This document shows positions 26,172-40,431 of a stretch of 64,000 bases of DNA, in pieces (within the stretch, counting starts at the first letter, position 1; every line of letters begins with the position of its first letter). The notes under the pieces were generated by a model, which did no database searches, was not told where the DNA came from, and saw only the letters and a list, made by a program, of their open reading frames with translations. A program made the translations under genes and the position numbers. The DNA lies in assembly GCF_009914755.1 (NCBI RefSeq), contig NC_060929.1. One strand, given 5' to 3'. The stretch comes from the human T2T-CHM13v2.0 reference genome, Homo sapiens.

Positions 26172-26832
26172 TCATGAAAATAAGTATTCATGAACATAAC
26201 TAAAAATTTAAGCATTGATTTTCAGTTGATGGGTCCATGGTTAAGTTTTTGGTAGATCATCAGAACGTTATGAGATCCTAGCATGTTGAAGTCTCAACTG
26301 GGTACCCCTACAGGCTTAAATATTGACTTTGCCATTATCTAGAGCAGTGGTTCTCAAATGTGGTGCAGGAAGGAGCTATTGAACTTTTCATTTATCACAT
26401 CCTTGTAAAATGTTGTGTACTTTTAATAGCACATGCAATAATAATATGTGTATATAATCTATATACAGAGATATATAATTTACAAATAAGTATACAGATA
26501 ATGTGGGTTTGTGCCTTTACAAATGGATATGAATACATATAAGTTTCAGACTACTGATAGAGTTCTGAAAACTAATTTTTCTATTGTATCTACGTAAGAC
26601 TACTGAGAGTAGCAAACCACAGTTTGTTTTTTCCTTCTCTCCCTGTCTCTCTCCTGCCCACCTTTCTTTTTTCTTTTTCTTTCTTTTCTTTTTTATTCTT
26701 CCTGAGAATGTTTTCCAGGGGTGTATCTGCATTTTCAATAAACTAAACTCAGAAAGGTACCACTTACAAAGTTAAACCAATCACCAGTCACAATAGTAAA
26801 TAAGCATTTCAGCCATTAGCCAAACTCAATAG

Positions 26833-27221
<389 letters not shown>

Positions 27222-28249
27222 CAGTCTTTTCTTAAGATCACACACTTAACTTTATATACTTGGCAAGAAACACATAAGGAGGAAGTTTTTGTTGTTGTTC
27301 TTTTGTTTTTGTTTTTATTTGTTCATTGACCAGTTATTTTAATATGTTTCTAGCCTACTTAAAAATAAAAGTCAAAAAGTCTACTTAATTATTTTTAAAA
27401 TGTTTAGTTCACCTTCTCACGAGAGGATTTTCACATATTTAAAAGCATTTTTTCTATAAAGAAATAATAAATCTTTTAGCTGATTATGGAACATTCTAAG
27501 TATTAATAATTAGATTTAAGAGGATTCTTTTGGAGATGCAATTTAAAAATTCTAAATGCATGATACACACTTCTGTGAAAAGCATAATAATCACCTATAC
27601 AATTAGCTAAATGATTCTCTTGAGTTCAAGAATATAAATTGGTGAGTGGCTATCTGCATTAATCAGATAATTTCCATGTTTTACTTCGGGATGTAGACTT
27701 TTAAAAATATTGCCTTGCGAGTTTTATTTTAAATAATAACTCATTGAAATGGAAGTGGAAAAGTAGATTTAATCCATGCTTAATATGTGTCTGATTTTTG
27801 AAGGATTTAGCACTGTTCCTCAGAGAACCATGGAGGAAAGGTAAAAGAGCCCATCTAGAAGCTTCTTGGATTAGTTTGCTCATTCATTTCATCCATTCAT
27901 TTACTTAACATTTATTGAATGCTTATTTTGCACCACAGTCATGTATGTCAGCTGTAGACTCATGCATAACAGTTGTGATTGCTGACTTACAGGGTATCAA
28001 CTTCAAATGATAGACTGACATTTGATAAGAATACCAATGATATCCTATTACATTGATTAATCATTACTTATAATTTGTTTTAAAATAATTGTATTGTACA
28101 TACTAATAAAATAACCACAACTTCTAGAGCTATGTTTGAGGCCCTATGCTAGTCCCTTTAGATTTTCTCTCATGCTTTTAAGTACCCTGCAAGTTGACAT
28201 TGTGTCACAGTGTGGGAGCTAAGAAACGGGCTGGACTCAGAACCCAGAA

Positions 28250-28480
28250 AATGTGGCTCGGCTCTCTTAGAATCTGAGTTATCTGAGTGACCTAGAACAA
28301 ATTATTTGATCTTTCATTGCCTCTGTTGCTCATGCACGATATGGGGGAAACAAAATCATCTATGATTTAAATACGGCTACTGTAAATGTTAAATGAACTG
28401 ATAATATGCAAAGAACTTAGAACAGCACTTGACACTAAGAACGATGTGTTTGCTATCACTATGATTGTTGCTGTTGCTAT
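28250..28480 (+). mobile_element. MIR SINE
   Basis: gtgacctagaacaaattatttgatct...gttaaatgaactgataatatgcaaagaacttagaacagcacttgacac. Confidence 0.65.
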
Positions 28481-28717
28481 CTGTATTTTAATTGACAAGA
28501 AATAATATGCTAGTATTAAAAAGAGAATTATTTACATATTAACTTTGCTTGGGATGAAGTAAAGCAAGCCTGTTTATCGAAAAAAATATGATTTGGTCCT
28601 TGAAGGTTGGGTAGGATTTCAATTCAAGTAAGAAAATGCATTCCAGGGAGGAGGAATGAAATGGGTATAGGCATGGATATATGATAATGCAAAGTAAGTA
28701 TAAAAAAATTAGAATTT

Positions 28718-29265
28718 AGACCATTTGACCCAGCAATCCCATTATTGGTATATACCCAAAGGATTATAAATTATTCTGCTATAAAGACACATGCACACAT
28801 ATGTTTATTGCAGCACAATTTGCAATAGCAAAGACTTGGAACCAACCCCAATGCCCATCAATGATAGACTGCATAAAGAAAATGTGGCACATATACACCA
28901 TGGAATACTATGCAGCCATAAAAAGAATGAGTTCATGTCCTTTGCAGGGACATGGATGAAGCTGGAAACCATCAGCAAATTAACACAGGAACAGAAAACC
29001 AAACACTGCATGTTCTCACTCATAAGTGGGAGCTGAACAATGAGAACACATAGACACAGGGAGGGGAACATCACACACCGGGGCCTATTGTGGGTTGGGG
29101 GAAAGGGGAGGGAAAGCATTAGGACAAATACCTAATGCATGCGGAGCTTAAAACCTAGATGACGGTTTAATAGGTGCAGCAAACCACCATAGCACATGTA
29201 TACCTACATAACAAACCTGCATTTTCAGCACATGTATCCCAGAACTTAAAGTAAAAAAAAAAAAA
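28718..29265 (+). mobile_element. 5'-truncated L1PA (L1PA7/8-like 3' end)
   Basis: ccatttgacccagcaatcccatta...aggacaaatacctaatgcatgc...cccagaacttaaagtaaaaaa; TSD attagaattt on both sides. Confidence 0.92.
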
Positions 29266-29366
29266 TATTAGAATTTGGGAGTCTGGCATGTAGGGTATAT
29301 GGCAATAAGAATACAAAGGCCAGATTATAAAGTTCTATGGTTTGGACTATAAAGACAGAACAGGGC

Positions 29367-29368
<2 letters not shown>

Positions 29369-29410
<42 letters not shown>
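29369..29410. repeat. (GT)21 microsatellite
   Basis: Uninterrupted dinucleotide run. Confidence 0.97.
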
Positions 29411-29411
<1 letters not shown>

Positions 29412-30634
29412 AGGGGGCATGCATACACAAGTGCACATGCATTCATTCACACTGGAAAATTCATTGACCAGGATAACAGTTTGACTCTCAAGTTATTATT
29501 TTCTTTCTTTAATTGTCCACATATAATCTTAGCACTTACCAAAAGCTGATCTGAAAAGGAGCTTTAGGAACAAAGGACATCACCTAGGCACAAATAATCA
29601 CTTAATTTATGTTAATAGCACCCCAAGTCTGGACAGCAGCTATCAGTTAAATAGACCAAAAATTAGACTGAGATCAAAATTACTAGCCCAAGCACAGTAT
29701 TAATTTTCTGATTGATGGTGAGTAAGAGAAAACTACTGGGCTGAGCTTCAGCTGTATTTCAGGGAACCTGTACATTTCTTCTAATTTATAAAGTATAATA
29801 AATGAATTACCAAGAAGGATTAGAAGACAGAGTGTGAAGGATGAAGCATTCCTGTATTCCCCTGATGTCAGTTGATCTATTAAATTAACAAGCATATAGA
29901 TAGATTATTTAAAGATCAATTTAGCCACGAATTGCTTTCAAATGAATACATCAGGCATCAAGCCTTTTCTCTGAGATCGTTTTGTAATTGGAATACATAT
30001 TACACACAACTTCTCATCACAGGACTCAAGCAGTTTCAATCAGGAGGCTTTGCTCTTTCTGCAAAGTGTGTGAAAATCAAAAATGAGCAGATCCACTTCA
30101 TTATGTATAATGAGGAGATCTGTAGTTACTCTAAGTAATCGCTGAAAAGAATTGCTAGAAAAATACTCCTTGCTCACATCACTGGCACTGGGCTAACACT
30201 TGTCTCTCAGAAAATCTTTTCAGCATGAAAGTTTTGGAATTAAGTTCCTAATAAACTTAGAAAGTCCAACAGCTGTGAGTAATTATGATACAAGCATATC
30301 AATCCATGTGCAAACAGATTTATTCGGTAAGCTCCAATCCTCTTGCTAACCCTTCACTGCAATAATTAAGCACACTCTAATGAGTTTGTTAGTAATTTCC
30401 ATATGATTTTCCTCCTAATTATTATTTGAGTTGCCCATGTTTATAATACTTAGTAATATCCTTAAAGTATCAATGGTGAAGACACAATTTTGGCTGGTGT
30501 ATTAATTTGTATTTCCTTATTCATATGCTAAATAAACCAGGAGAAAACATTCATTTAAAGGTCAAAATTTTTGGAATAGGATTTTATGTGTGTGTATGCT
30601 CATTTCTTATACACTTATTCAATACCCATGAAGC

Positions 30635-31150
30635 AAATGAGTCATCTTAGCCTAAATCAGGTCATGTCATTCCCTGCTTAAAGAACTCCGAGTTCTTATC
30701 ATGGCTTTCAAATACCATTCTGACTTTGTCTCTTACCACTTGCTACACAATTGGCTTCAGAATACTGACCTTCTTCCTGCTTCACAAAAAGGCCAAGCTG
30801 GTTTATATCATAGGGTCTTTGAACTTAGGACAGTTATGCCTGGAATATCCTTTTCCCATCATTTTATGTAGATGGCTCCCTTTTATCATCAAAAAGGGGT
30901 CCACTCAGATATCACTTCATCAGGGAAAACCTTGACTTTTAGCTGCAATAGAGCTTTAGCCAGCCATTCTCTATCATCTCACCCAATCTTATTGTTTTAA
31001 AAAAAACCCATCACTCTCTTAAATGAGCTAGTTGGTTTATTCACTCCTCTTTCTTACACCTAGACTCTAAGCTTCACTGTTTTCCTAAAACAGTGCCTGG
31101 TACATGGTAAATTCTTAATGAATATTTTTACAATGAATGATTTGTTGAAT
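30635..31150 (+). mobile_element. L2 LINE 3' fragment
   Basis: aaatcaggtcatgtcattccctgcttaaa...tgcctggaatatcctttt...acagtgcctggtacatggtaa...gaatgaatgatttgttgaat. Confidence 0.75.
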
Positions 31151-31510
31151 GGATAGCTGGAGCAGGAAGGAATGTCAGCTGTCTGATCTACCACTCAGTT
31201 TATAGATGAGTAAACTGACATATATTTGCATCTATGATTTGTCACCAAAATGACACAGCCTGATAGTGCAGTTCTAGGAAATTATGTCCCAAGCTTCCTG
31301 ACTCCTGGTCCAATGCACTGGTCATCCTGCTGCCTGCCTTCACTTTTTTTCAATCTGTCTGGTTGTGGTTGTTGAGATATATGTTTACACACAATATGTA
31401 CTTGGGCACTATTTAAAGATTTTGAGAATCAAAACCCTACCAACTTCAATTCTTTCTAGCTATATGGACAAGTCACGTAACCTCCCCGGACTTTGGTTAT
31501 CTCGTTTCTA

Positions 31511-31987
<477 letters not shown>

Positions 31988-32096
31988 TTAATTCTTGTTA
32001 CGTACACTTTTAAATAGATTCTGACACTGAAATTCCATAGATATCACATAAGGCAGTGTTACCTATAGAGAAATAGAAACAAAAATAGAAATAGAA

Positions 32097-32140
32097 ATAT
32101 ATATATCCATATATATATATATCCATATATATATATATCT
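32097..32140. repeat. Interrupted (TA)n microsatellite
   Basis: atatatatatccatatatatatatatccatatatatatatatct. Confidence 0.85.
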
Positions 32141-32152
32141 TTCTCTTAAGCT

Positions 32153-32338
32153 TAGTGGTTCTCAAAGAGTGGTCCTCACATCAGCATATCACCACCACCT
32201 GAAAACTTGTCAAAAATGCAAAAATACTGACCGACCTCAGACCTGCTGAAGTGGAAACCCTAGGAGTCAGCTAAACAATCCGTGTTTTATCAAGCCCTCC
32301 AGGGAATTCTGATGCCCACTCAAGTTTGAGAACTTTTG
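32153..32338. mobile_element. MER5A hAT-Charlie MITE
   Basis: agtggttctcaaagagtggtcc...aagccctccagggaattctgatgcccactcaagtttgagaac. Confidence 0.85.
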
Positions 32339-32889
32339 CCTTATATGATTGAATAAGGCAAACAAAATAACTTTTGTAATTAATGAAGCCTTACTGTGTC
32401 CATGCATGTTTATAGAAGTTCATTGCAAAACCTAAAAGTTAATACTGCCTCAAAATCTAAAAAATTAAAATTGCATCAATACGTGTCGCCTACTTATTTT
32501 CATGGCAGAAGGCTCGCAGAACCAAATAAACCACGGGGAGTAGTTATCTATAATGAGATGGGAGACCAATAATTTATCACCTATATATCATGGCTGATTG
32601 CAGAAGGAGGTCATTATAATTACAAAGACACTCCTTCTAATTAGGCAGTTCAGTGAGGAAGTAAGGAACTTATCAAGATGGTTCAGGAAAAACAACAGCA
32701 AAAACCACATTTGGTTTTTGTGAAAAGATGGTCACTGGTGTTTTCTCCCAGAATTCTTGTTGCATTTCTCAAACAATCCTTCTGGAATTGACAAGGGAAC
32801 AGAATGTACGGCTGTAATGGCTTACTAAATCTTACAAAGACAGTAAAAGTTACTGAGCATCAAAATCAATTTTAATCATGAAACAAATA

Positions 32890-33080
32890 GGTATTAGAGT
32901 CAAATCTGTCCACTTCACTTAGAACTCACTGAACCTGGGCTAGTTAGTTAACTTTCTCTGAGCTTCAGCTTCCTCGTCAGTAAAAAGGGAATTATAAAAC
33001 CTGCTTCAGAGAATTGTTGCAAAGACTAAATAAAAATGCATCTAAAGGACCCACTAACATACCACCATGCCTGGCACAAA
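32890..33080 (+). mobile_element. MIR SINE
   Basis: tctctgagcttcagcttcctcgtcagtaaaaaggg...tgcctggcaca. Confidence 0.7.
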
Positions 33081-33092
33081 AATAACACTCAC

Positions 33093-33416
<324 letters not shown>

Positions 33417-34331
33417 TTACTGGTGGCTTCCCATTTTCATCCTCCTTTAGGTAAAAAGCAGCAAATAGTTCTCTTTAAGGCTTTTTCTCTTTGCTTACTC
33501 TCCATTTTTCTGAAATATCAGGTATTCAGGGAATGAGAAGGAGACAATGAATGTGAGAAGAGAGACATGATCTCAACATATAGCAACTTAAGTGTCAGCA
33601 TAGATGGTATTTACAAAATGAGCCCTGTTCTGCTGAGACAACAGAACACAGTTGACAGAAAGTCTTAAGTAGCTATCCCAAAGATATATGTGACACACAA
33701 GTAGACTCCTTTTCACTCCTCCTCCTCATCTTCCTACACACAAACATATACATTTGTTTTTTTATACACACACACACTCATGCGCACTAAACTGAATCTA
33801 TTGTGAGCCTTTATTACCTATACGATGTGAAGCCATTGTTTCTTATCATTCTTGTGAAGTATAATACAAGCATCATAGCAGAGCTTAAAAGACTTAAGAG
33901 AGAAAGAAAAAGTGTAGTAGAATTGTAAAAGGATTGGACATACAGAATTCTTCAGTGGAGGAAATGCAATGCTTGGCTTAACTCAGTGAACTCAGAGAAG
34001 AAATTAAGGACTAATCTTGATATCATTTGCATGTGCATGCTAAGTTTCTGCATAGACACCAAGCCCCCCTTAGCATGTTTGTGTGGATATAGTATGTGAG
34101 AAAGGGGAACAGTGCAGGGATCATGTCTTCTTTGGACGAGGGTGTTGGAAATTGCCCCTACATGTAAATCACAGGACACAGCAATGCCACAGTGCTCAGC
34201 GGATGTTCCCACCGCTCACTGCAAAGGGGATGTGACTTTGTAATGACACCACAGCAGAAAGCTTCTCTCAAACAGCCTGCCCTGGAATTATTGTTAAATC
34301 ATCTATGTATTAATTACAGCTCCTGGGTTTT

Positions 34332-34722
34332 CTAACAGTTTTATAGAGGTATATTTTGTATGTCATAAAATTGTCCATCTGAGGGTACAATTCAATGATT
34401 TTTGGTAACTTTACTGAAATGCCATAACCACAAATCAGTTTTAGAACATTTTTGTCCCCCCAGTAAGATCCTTCATGACCATTTATAGTTAATCTTCATT
34501 CCCACACCCCGCCCTAGGCAATGACTAATCTGTTTCCTGTCTCTATAAATTTGCCGTTTCTGGAATTTGCCGTTTCTGGATATTTCCTACCAGTGGAATC
34601 ATGCAGTATGCGGTCGCTTGTGTCTAGATTATTTCACTTGGTGTAATCTTTTTTGTGGTTTAAACATGATGTAGCCTGCGTCAGTGGTTCATTTTTTTTC
34701 CACTGCTGAATAATATTCCAAC
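34332..34722 (-). mobile_element. Old L1 3' UTR fragment (L1MB-like)
   Basis: aacagttttatagaggtatat...tacaattcaatgatttttggta...ccctaggcaatgactaatctg...tggaatcatgcagtatg; contains a 16-bp tandem duplication at 34548-34579. Confidence 0.8.
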
Positions 34723-35759
34723 TGCTTCTGTTAAAAATAAAAAAGGCTATAAATAAATGAATATTTATTTATACCTCTATAAAAACTGAAGGGTAACACA
34801 TTTCCAGTGAAGACTAAGATCCAGATTCAGAGTCAAGTTTTGTTCTCTGGATCACACAGGAACACTTGCCTGATTATACTTTCTTTCTCATTCATTTGTT
34901 CATCTTGTGAAGAAAACAAGTCAATGTTGGCTTCCCTACATCACTTAGAAATAATAATTTCACAATAGATTATTCGAACCCTAAATGGTGGAAATATAAA
35001 AGCAATTTCTGGCCAACTGTGGTTAAAAAACAAAGTTCTAGGCATTCATTTGGAGGGTGCTATGATGCAAATACGTGTTAAGTAATGCAATTGAGTTAAA
35101 AATTATCATAGTATTGAGATGAGTCATAGGAATCTGAAAATAAGTAGGAGCTTCATTACTTTTAATATTTGGAAGTAAATTAATTCAGTATCGCATAGTT
35201 TTGCTGATTTCATTTTTTTCATATTCTAATATTGTATCAGAAGGATTGCTGCAATATTTACATATTGTCTTTGCTGCATGCAATATAGTTACCCTCTCAA
35301 ATTATCCACCTGGATCCATTTATTTTCATAATGGGCTTCTTTGGAAGTTGAGTTGTGGAATGTCATAAATGTTCAGGGAAAGCATGCCACTGTGGACTCA
35401 GAAATTACATTAAAAAAGCTTCCAGTACACATGTTGAATAAAAATGGGTCCTATAAAGTTTATTAACTAAGCAAATTAAACAAACTTGGTAATAGGTGTT
35501 TCACATGAAATTCCTGAAGCAGCATAAATGTGCTTTGCAACCTGAGTCCCTTGTTATTCTCACATAACATGTGGCTTTTTCTCTTTTCCCAATTTCTCTT
35601 CTAAGTGTAGCAAATGTTTCTTTCTTTCCCTGGGATGAGAGAAGTCCTTCCAAGGATGGTGTGGATTTCAAGACTCAAGCAATTCCAGAGTGTTGAAAAA
35701 GAGTCAGTAGGTGGATTTGTAATGACAAAACAATAATAGTAAAGGTGGTGACATGCACT

Positions 35760-36000
35760 CAGTAAATGGTAGCTACTATTTTGTATCAGGCACTCTGCTA
35801 CAGACATTACGAGGCTGGAATAAGATAAACGCCTCATGACATAGCTTCTACCATTGTTCCCATATGGCAGATGAACAAACTGAGGCTCAAAGAGGTCAAG
35901 TAACTTGTCCAAAATCACAAAACTGAGTGTCAGAGCCAGGACTTAAGTCTAGCTCTGTGTAATCTTACAGCCCAGGTTCTTAACAATCATACTAAACTGT
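35760..36000 (-). mobile_element. MIR SINE
   Basis: gcagatgaacaaactgaggctcaaagaggtcaagtaacttgtccaaaatcaca. Confidence 0.8.
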
Positions 36001-36060
36001 CTTTCAAAATGACAGGCACAAGACCTGTCCCTTTCACTCCTGCTGGTACTCAGTGACGTA

Positions 36061-36395
36061 CAGTCATGCATCTTTCAACATCAAGAATATGTTCTGAGAA
36101 ATGTGTCATTTGGTGATTTCATCATTGTGGGAATATGCGAGTGTACTTACATGTATCCAGCTGGTATAGCCTACTACACACCTAGGCTGTATGGGATAGC
36201 CTAGGCTGCACACCTGTACAGCATGTTATTATGTTATTGTACTGAATACTGGAGGCAATTGAAACACAATGGGAAGTATTTCTGTATCTGAACACAGAAA
36301 AGGTACAGTAAAAATATAGTATTATAATTTCATGGGATTACTGTCATACATGGGGTCTGAAGTTGACTGAAGCATTATTATGTGGTGCATGACTG
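36061..36395. mobile_element. Tigger3a/MER7-like TcMar MITE
   Basis: Perfect terminal inverted 10-mer cagtcatgca/tgcatgactg, TA duplication on both sides, internal ggtatagcctactacacacctaggct. Confidence 0.9.
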
Positions 36396-37320
36396 TACAC
36401 TAACAAGTCAAGTGACCTCTTAGGACTTAGTCTATTAATCTAAAGGATGAGAAGTACATTCTAACATCAGGTGTCTTTTCTCGAGCACAATCAAATTTTC
36501 ATTTTCCCAATCTCTTATAATGACTCATGACCGGGTGAAGGAGGAATCAGTGCAAATTGCTTGTTGGGATGGAAACAGGTGCTAGAAGTGAGGAAAAAGC
36601 AATGTTCAAACGCAAAGGAAGGGTGGAGGAGGAAAGGTGTGGAGTTGCCACAGGGACTCATAGCAAGCAACAATAAAATCCAGTTTGGAAATCCACCAGA
36701 AAATCCCCCTCAATCTCGGAGGCTTCTTTCGTGTTCTTTACAGGAAACACTTGTGTGTTCCTTTCCCTTTGTCAGGGACATATAATTTAGAAAGCAGAGA
36801 ATTTGTTCTTTCTAGTTTTTCCTTTTTTTTTTTTTTCAGTAAACATGAAGGATTAAAGGGAAATAGACAACAGCACTTTTAAAGGATGCTTTTTCGTAAG
36901 ACTTTCAGTGGATGTTATCCAGTAAATAAGAGTTTCACAGTATGCTATCAATGTTAGTTTGGAGAAGGAAAGGTCAAAAAGTCAAACCTTGATATCTTTA
37001 TCTTTTCACAAAGGTTATTTCTGAAGGAGCTATATGTAAAAGGAAAAACAAAAGGCAAATATATACACACACCTATATATGTATATGTAATGCATATATT
37101 ACAACATAGTTCTTCCAATCCTAATTATATGCCTAATGCTGGGCTTGAGTGTCTATTACTTTTTAAACTACACTTGTGCTATTATTTTTCTTATAATAAA
37201 ATGAGAATAAATATGGAATTCTCTCCAGGTCCCCAGATTGCTGTCACAGCCAGCTTAGTTCACTTTATATTACCCACCTAGCTCCAGTACACACCTGAAT
37301 TTGTGTCTCTTGCTCCAACA

Positions 37321-37425
37321 CAACATATATATATACACACACACATATATATGTGCATATATATGTTTTTATATATATATGTTGTTTTCATATATATATG
37401 TTGTTTTCATATATATATATGTTGT

Positions 37426-37467
<42 letters not shown>

Positions 37468-37492
37468 TTCTTATATATATGAAAAACAACAA
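37321..37492. repeat. Compound (TA)n/GTTGTTTTC minisatellite
   Basis: Four gttgttttc units separated by (TA)n runs, closed by an inverted unit gaaaaacaac. Confidence 0.9.
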
Positions 37493-38315
37493 AAATCCTT
37501 TCCTGTGTCACTCCAGGTAATGGGTTTCACTGTGTAACTATTCTTTTCTGCAAAAGGTTTGTGTTATTATCCTTGGGTATTATTTTCTGATGGTATCAGT
37601 GAAATGGGTCATTATTGAAGCACTGGCTTACTTATGAAAGATGTTATTAAATACTGTGGAAATACGGTTATTTCCATTAAAATACCAAAAGGAAAGAGAA
37701 ATATAAAAATATAAGAGGTAGTTCTGAGGAAACCAAGCTGAACCTCGGAATATGAGACAATTGGTACTAAAAGGTGTTGTTGGGACTAATTTTTTCTTGG
37801 TGGCGATCCTGCTTTGCTTCAGTTGGACAAACGCTACGGGGCAAGAGACACAAATTCAGCTAGGCAGGTAATATCAATGCGTGAACCAGACTGGCTGTGA
37901 TAGCAACCCGGGGACATAGGGAGAATTCCATATGTCCCCCCATCTTATCAAATGAAAAATAATAGCACAAGTACAGTTTTAAAAGTCATAGACATTCAAC
38001 CCCAGCATTAGGCGTATAATTGGGAGTGGAAAGACTACGGCAAGCCAGATGGCTCATGAAAAGGACGCAGCTATAATTCAACTCAAGCCAATTGCTCCTT
38101 CCATCTTTTCTGAAAGTTTGGGTCAAATTCTAAAGCAGGATAACAGTTGTTCGCAGTTGAAAGGAGAGAACGCAGCAATTGAAAAGCCATTAAATACCCG
38201 GATAGGTTTTGGAGATGTGGGACAATTCCTCTACCTTGTTTATTTCTTGTAGGTAATTTGGAACTCTCATGGGTTCCAGGAGTTGAGGCGTGATAATACC
38301 AAAGATGGGACTTTA

Positions 38316-38897
<582 letters not shown>

Positions 38898-40362
38898 TCA
38901 TTCAGCATTTACTGAATTATTTCACAAGGGGCAAACATTCTCAAGGAACAGGGAAATTAATAATGCACGACTGCCCTGGAGGTGCCCCATGATCTGACCC
39001 CCATCTGTAGGAGGTGCTTGTAAGTTCAGTTTTAGATAGTTTGAGCTCAAGACACTGGCAGAACCCTTCCCAATTTAGAAACTTTGGCCTTGTCTTGACT
39101 TTCCCTCTCACTTATCTCCTACGTTCAATCTTTCGGTACAGTTTCACTGCAAGTCGCCCTGAAGTTTTGTTTCAAAGAGTGCCTGGGGCACAAGCTCTGT
39201 AAAAGCTTTGGGTACAGATTTTCTCTGTCCAAAAAGCAATCCTCAGGACTTGCTACGATGTATCCCTATGTGCAAATACCTTTGTTGAAAAACACGGAAG
39301 CCAAGCAGTGGTATAGATGAAAGCATGGTGAGCCGAACTAATCAAGTGCATTTTTGAATGTCATATTAAAATGCCTTAGTAAGAGCATCATGGGAAATGA
39401 CCCATTCTGCACAGAGACTGACCAGCTTTGTCAGGCTTATGCCCAGCACCTGGCTTAGACAAAGGCTTCGACAAATACACATGGGTGTTTATCATTATGC
39501 AAAGCCAGTGTGTAATGCTTTTTCTTTTTATATTACAAAAAGTATACACACAGAAAACATATTTTTAAAAATATAATAATTAGGAATTCTACTATTTGTT
39601 GATATGCAAAAGAAGGGAATTATCTTTTGCTCACTATATGTCAGGCACTGCTCAGTTTTTCTTTACCACAGTGACCCTGTTTGGGGATCTGTTCCAGTGA
39701 TGGGGACAACAGGACTGAATATTAGAAACCTAGATCATCCTAGAAAATCTGGACCATATGGTCACGTACCCGTACCTTCCTCATTTTCTCCTAACAGGGC
39801 CTGGAAACTCCAGCAAGTTATTTGGAAGTCTGTTTGATGTCAGTCTCCAGGGAGAAGCGATGCGACTGTTCTCTTGCTGCAGTCGGATGGATGTCTGTCT
39901 GAGAAAGAGGGCGGAGGGTGGAAGAGGTGCAGGGGGACCCTTCACCACAGGCTTTGATCTCCCTTGACTCCTCCTGGGATATCTCACCTTTTGATGTTGG
40001 GAATCAGTTAATTACTAGTCAAAATTGGTTTGAGGGACTAGGAAACAGTTTGAAGGCTCTGTTCTCAAAATGCCTGTACTTTGTTCTGAGGAACTTTCAG
40101 GCAACTTTCTGAAGCATCTCAGGCAAATGAGAAGGGCTCGGTCTGTGGCCCCTCCCTAGTAGCGGCCCAGATTTTGATCCTCTTGTGCTACCATGGTACC
40201 ATCCTGATGCAGCAGACTTCTTTTCTCTTCAGAGCTCTGTGGTTTCATTGGTAGTGAAATGATGACTTTTAGGATTAGATTGTTAAAACATCTGTCACAC
40301 CGCAAAGAGTATGTAGCTTAATAATTCCCTCTTTAGGTCTTAATTTGAAACCACCACCTCTC

Positions 40363-40431
40363 TTTTCTGAGCAACACCTGATTAATGCTACCATGAACTT
40401 TTTCTGAGCAACACCTGAGTAGTGCTACCAT
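40363..40431 (+). repeat. 32-bp tandem duplication (period 37)
   Basis: ttttctgagcaacacctga[t/g]ta[a/g]tgctaccat occurs twice. Confidence 0.9.

Noticed and set aside
28791-29119. ORFs resembling the L1 ORF2 C-terminus
   Set aside because: Frameshifted remnant of a 5'-truncated L1PA, not a gene
37321-37492. Repeat-spacer pattern as a CRISPR-like array
   Set aside because: The spacers are plain (TA)n, the context is eukaryotic and there are no cas genes
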